DNA from: an uncultured Candidatus Saccharibacteria bacterium
GTDB taxonomy: Bacteria > Patescibacteriota > Minisyncoccia > Phycocordibacterales > SBAW01
DNA length: 64,000 bases
Assembly: GCA_964650645.1 (NCBI GenBank)
Contig: CAZYUH010000001.1
Span: forward strand, 564,274 to 628,273
Direction of reading: 5' to 3'
Shown here: positions 61,512-64,000 of the stretch, in pieces
Numbering within the stretch: the stretch's first letter is position 1
Layout of the letters: each line of letters starts with the position of its first letter
Translations under genes and position numbers: made by a program
Notes under the pieces: generated by a model
Databases searched by the model: none
Seen by the model: only the letters and a program-made list of their open reading frames with translations
Told to the model about the DNA's origin: nothing

Positions 61512-61856
61512 CTAATTATTTTCTATGATCAAATTCTTGATGCGGCGCATCTGGAGCCTGTTCTTGGGGAGCATGCCCAGGACGGCGCGGCGCAGGGCCT
61601 CGCGGTTGCCGCGGCGCTCGGTGAGCTGCTCGTAGGTCTCGCGCTTCTGGCCGCCCGGGTAGCCCGAGTAGCGGACGTACTCCTTCTGGGTCGCCTTCTG
61701 CCCGGAAATCTTCATGCCCTCGACGTTGGTCACCTTGACCTCGACCGGCGATACCGCGTTCTTCGCGAAGTCGGCGGCGTTCTTGCCGAGCAGGGCCTTA
61801 GCCGCAGCCGAGGCTACGCGTCCGAGGGTCTTGTTCTGTGCGTCGATGGTGATCAT
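61512..61856 (-). CDS. rplM: 50S ribosomal protein L13
   Basis: The protein spans MITIDAQNKTLGRVAS...GMLPKNRL. Confidence 0.9.
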   Translation of the reverse strand: MITIDAQNKTLGRVASAAAKALLGKNAADFAKNAVSPVEVKVTNVEGMKISGQKATQKEYVRYSGYPGGQKRETYEQLTERRGNREALRRAVLGMLPKNRLQMRRIKNLIIENN

Positions 61857-61877
61857 AAAGGTGTGTACGTGTGAGGG

Positions 61878-62225
61878 CTAGACGAATTCGATTACGGCCA
61901 TGGGAGCGGCGTCGCCCTTGCGCGGACCCATTTTAGTGATGCGCAGGTAGCCTCCCCGGCGCTCCGCATACCCGCCGGCCATGCGGATAATCTTGTTGGC
62001 GGTGATGGGCGCGCCGAGCTCGGCGATGAGCGCGCGGCGGTTGGCAAGCGTGGGCGCCTTCGCCTTCGTGACGAGCTTCTCGACCAGGGGGCGGATCTCC
62101 TTGGCGCGCGCCTCGGTGGTGCGGATCTTGCCCTTGACGACGAGGTTGCGGGCAAGCGACTTGAGCAATGCGGCCCGCTGGCCCCTCTCCCTGCCGAACT
62201 TCCTATTTACATTGCCGTGTCTCAT
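61878..62225 (-). CDS. rplQ: 50S ribosomal protein L17
   Basis: The protein spans MRHGNVNRKFGRERGQRAALLKSLARNL...TTEARAKE. Confidence 0.9.
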   Translation of the reverse strand: MRHGNVNRKFGRERGQRAALLKSLARNLVVKGKIRTTEARAKEIRPLVEKLVTKAKAPTLANRRALIAELGAPITANKIIRMAGGYAERRGGYLRITKMGPRKGDAAPMAVIEFV

Positions 62226-62261
62226 TTTATTACTTCTACCTATATTTGCTTAAATAGCAAG

Positions 62262-63215
62262 CTATTTAAGCACAATACCAAAGTTTGCCAAAGCGCGCTT
62301 GATCTCCTGGATGGACTTCGGGCCGAGGCCCTCGACCTCCATGAGGTCCTGCTCCTTCTTGCGCGCGAGCCCGCCGACGGTGCGGATGTTGGCGGCCTGG
62401 AGCGACGAGACGGTGCGCGAGGAGAGCTCGAGGTCCTCGATGCGCGTCTTGAGCGCCTCGGAGGCGTCGACGGAGCTGGAGGGCGCCGCCGCGGAGGCGG
62501 CCTCGTCCTGCGTCTCTATCTCCTCCTCGCGGAAGCCGACGACGGCCTTGAGCTGGGTGATCATTATCTCGATGGAGTGCTCGAGCGCGGCGCGCGGGGT
62601 GAGCGTGCCGTCGGTCTCGATGGAGATGCGCAGGCGGTTGAAGTCGGTGCGGTCGCCGACGCGCATGTTCTCCACCTCGTAGTTGACGCGGCGGATGGGA
62701 GAGAATATGGCGTCAACCGATATCTCGCCTATCTCGACGCGGTCCTTCTTGAGCGCCTCGCGGGCCACGTAGCCCAGGCCCCGCTCGACGGTGAACTCCA
62801 TCTCGATGCCGCCCTTTCCGGTAAGCTCGCAGATGTAGGCGTTGGGGTTGAGGAGGCGCACCTGGCCCGGGAGCTTGAGGTCCTCGCCCACGACGCGCTT
62901 GGGACCCTTAATGGAAAGGGTTACGGTCTGCGCCTCGCCCGAGAGCACCTCGAAGCGGAGCTTCTTGAGGTTAAGCAGGATGGTGACCACGTCCTCGCGC
63001 ACCCCGTCCATGGTCGAGAACTCGTGCTCGACGCCCTCTATCTTGACGGACGTGACCGCCGCGCCCGGGAGCGAGGAAAGGATAATGCGGCGCAGGGAGT
63101 TGCCCAGCGTGTGGCCGTAGCCCGGGTACAGCCCGTCTATCTCGTACGTCCCCTCGGCATCGGCTTCCTTTACGATGCGGGGCTTGCTCGGCAGTGTAAT
63201 CGAATATTCCATCAT
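62262..63215 (-). CDS. rpoA: DNA-directed RNA polymerase alpha subunit
   Basis: It has an N-terminal dimerisation domain (GHTLGNSLRRILLSS) and a C-terminal alpha-CTD (ELSSRTVSSLQAANIRTVGGL). Confidence 0.95.
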   Translation of the reverse strand: MMEYSITLPSKPRIVKEADAEGTYEIDGLYPGYGHTLGNSLRRIILSSLPGAAVTSVKIEGVEHEFSTMDGVREDVVTILLNLKKLRFEVLSGEAQTVTLSIKGPKRVVGEDLKLPGQVRLLNPNAYICELTGKGGIEMEFTVERGLGYVAREALKKDRVEIGEISVDAIFSPIRRVNYEVENMRVGDRTDFNRLRISIETDGTLTPRAALEHSIEIMITQLKAVVGFREEEIETQDEAASAAAPSSSVDASEALKTRIEDLELSSRTVSSLQAANIRTVGGLARKKEQDLMEVEGLGPKSIQEIKRALANFGIVLK

Positions 63216-63260
63216 AACTCAATCGTGATTACGTGACTTGATAATTGAAACTGGAAAAGG

Positions 63261-63875
63261 CTAGCGGCTGTAGAACTGGATGATGGTGGCGGCGTTGAAC
63301 GGCGCCTCCGTCTCCCCCACGCCCGGCGCGGACGCGACCTTCACCGCGAAGCCCTGGTCCTCGAACTGGAGCCACGCGGGCGCCTTCGTCTCGGCCATTA
63401 CGTCCGCGCGGTTGGCGAAGAGCGCGGAGCCGCGGGACTCGGGGCGCACGGAGACGACGTCGCCAACCTCGACCTTGTAGGACGGCACGTTGAGGCGGCG
63501 GCCGTTGACCATGATGTGGCCGTGGCCCACGAGCTGGCGGGCGGCGCGGCGGGTCTTTACGAACCCGGCGCGGTACACGGCGTTGTCGAGGCGCGCCTCA
63601 AGGCGGCTCAGGAGGAGCGTGGTGGCCGCGGAGCCGCGGGCCGACATCGCCTCGTGCACGTAGCGGCTGAACTGGCTCTCGGAGAGGCCGTAAGTGAAGC
63701 GCGCCTTCTGCTTCTCGAGCAGCTGGGCGCCGAAGTCCGAGCCGCCGCCGCGGCGGCCGCGGGTGGGGCGCCTGGGCGCGCGGGCCTCGGCGAGCTGGAA
63801 CTTCTGCGTCTGGCACTTCTCGAATACCGAGGAGCCGAGGCGCTTGCAGATTTTGTACTTGGGTCCGATTAGCAT
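63261..63875 (-). CDS. rpsD: 30S ribosomal protein S4
   Basis: The protein spans MLIGPKYKICKRLG...RLDNAVYRAGF..TRRAARQLV.HGHI.VNG. Confidence 0.95.
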   Translation of the reverse strand: MLIGPKYKICKRLGSSVFEKCQTQKFQLAEARAPRRPTRGRRGGGSDFGAQLLEKQKARFTYGLSESQFSRYVHEAMSARGSAATTLLLSRLEARLDNAVYRAGFVKTRRAARQLVGHGHIMVNGRRLNVPSYKVEVGDVVSVRPESRGSALFANRADVMAETKAPAWLQFEDQGFAVKVASAPGVGETEAPFNAATIIQFYSR

Positions 63876-63900
63876 AAAAGTGATGGGATACGGGTGAGGA

Positions 63901-64000
63901 CTAGACGCGGCGGGCCTTGCGCGGGCGGGGGCCGTTGTGCGGTACCGGGGTGACGTCGCGGATGGCGCTTATCTGGATGCCCTTGGTGGCGAAGGCGCGG
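63901..64000 (-). CDS. rpsK: 30S ribosomal protein S11, C-terminal fragment (runs off the window)
   Basis: The final residues are ...[32 protein letters not shown]. Confidence 0.85.
   Translation of the reverse strand, partial: RAFATKGIQISAIRDVTPVPHNGPRPRKARRV

Noticed and set aside
62217-63236. 339-aa plus-strand ORF
   Set aside because: It is antisense to rpoA.

Overview
This is a 64 kb stretch of a high-GC (~65-70%) bacterial chromosome, densely packed with housekeeping genes on both strands. The translation and cell-envelope gene complement and synteny suggest a reduced-genome lineage such as CPR/Patescibacteria, but that is inference. Genes identified:
- aminoacyl-tRNA synthetases: proS, a class-I (archaeal-type) lysyl-tRNA synthetase, cysS, gltX, an archaeal/eukaryal-type aspS, and trpS;
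- rod-shape and cell-wall genes: mreBCD-mrdA, a split dcw cluster (mraZ-rsmH-ftsL-ftsI-murF in one place, mraY-ftsW-murG far away on the other strand), and an M23 peptidase;
- replication and repair: dnaB, recR, rmuC, a DnaQ-like exonuclease, scpAB;
- protein export and chaperones: tatA-tatC, and grpE-dnaK...dnaJ with two unrelated genes inserted;
- ribosomal and RNA polymerase genes: rplU, rplI, rpmA, rpsI, rplM, rplQ, rpoA, rpsD, and a partial rpsK;
- two tRNAs: Glu-CUC and Pro-GGG.

The most unusual region is the first ~5 kb, a low-GC (~42-45%) island. It carries a 5'-truncated giant beta-helix/lipase-domain surface protein with an abrupt GC-rich patch inside it. This is followed by a decaying tandem array of at least four paralogous small 4-TM membrane-protein genes, each preceded by a conserved ~45-nt leader (GGGGATAACC...GGTAGCCT...ATG).

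Other notable signals:
- both tRNAs are followed by arrays of GTTTTGC/TGCGACGGC-type hairpin repeats, and tRNA-Pro has a 19-bp duplication of its 3' end 235 bp downstream (an att-like scar or miniature insertion);
- many genes have a TAnAnT -10 box 5-12 nt before the start codon, implying leaderless mRNAs;
- a perfect 8-N5-8 palindrome sits next to an XRE regulator upstream of the lysyl-tRNA synthetase gene;
- several sub-60-aa genes carry their own RBS and terminator, including tatA;
- a surface protein with an IPNTG sortase-type signal is embedded in the dnaK operon;
- a secreted caspase(C14)-TPR protein is present.

No CRISPR array, transposase or integrase was seen.
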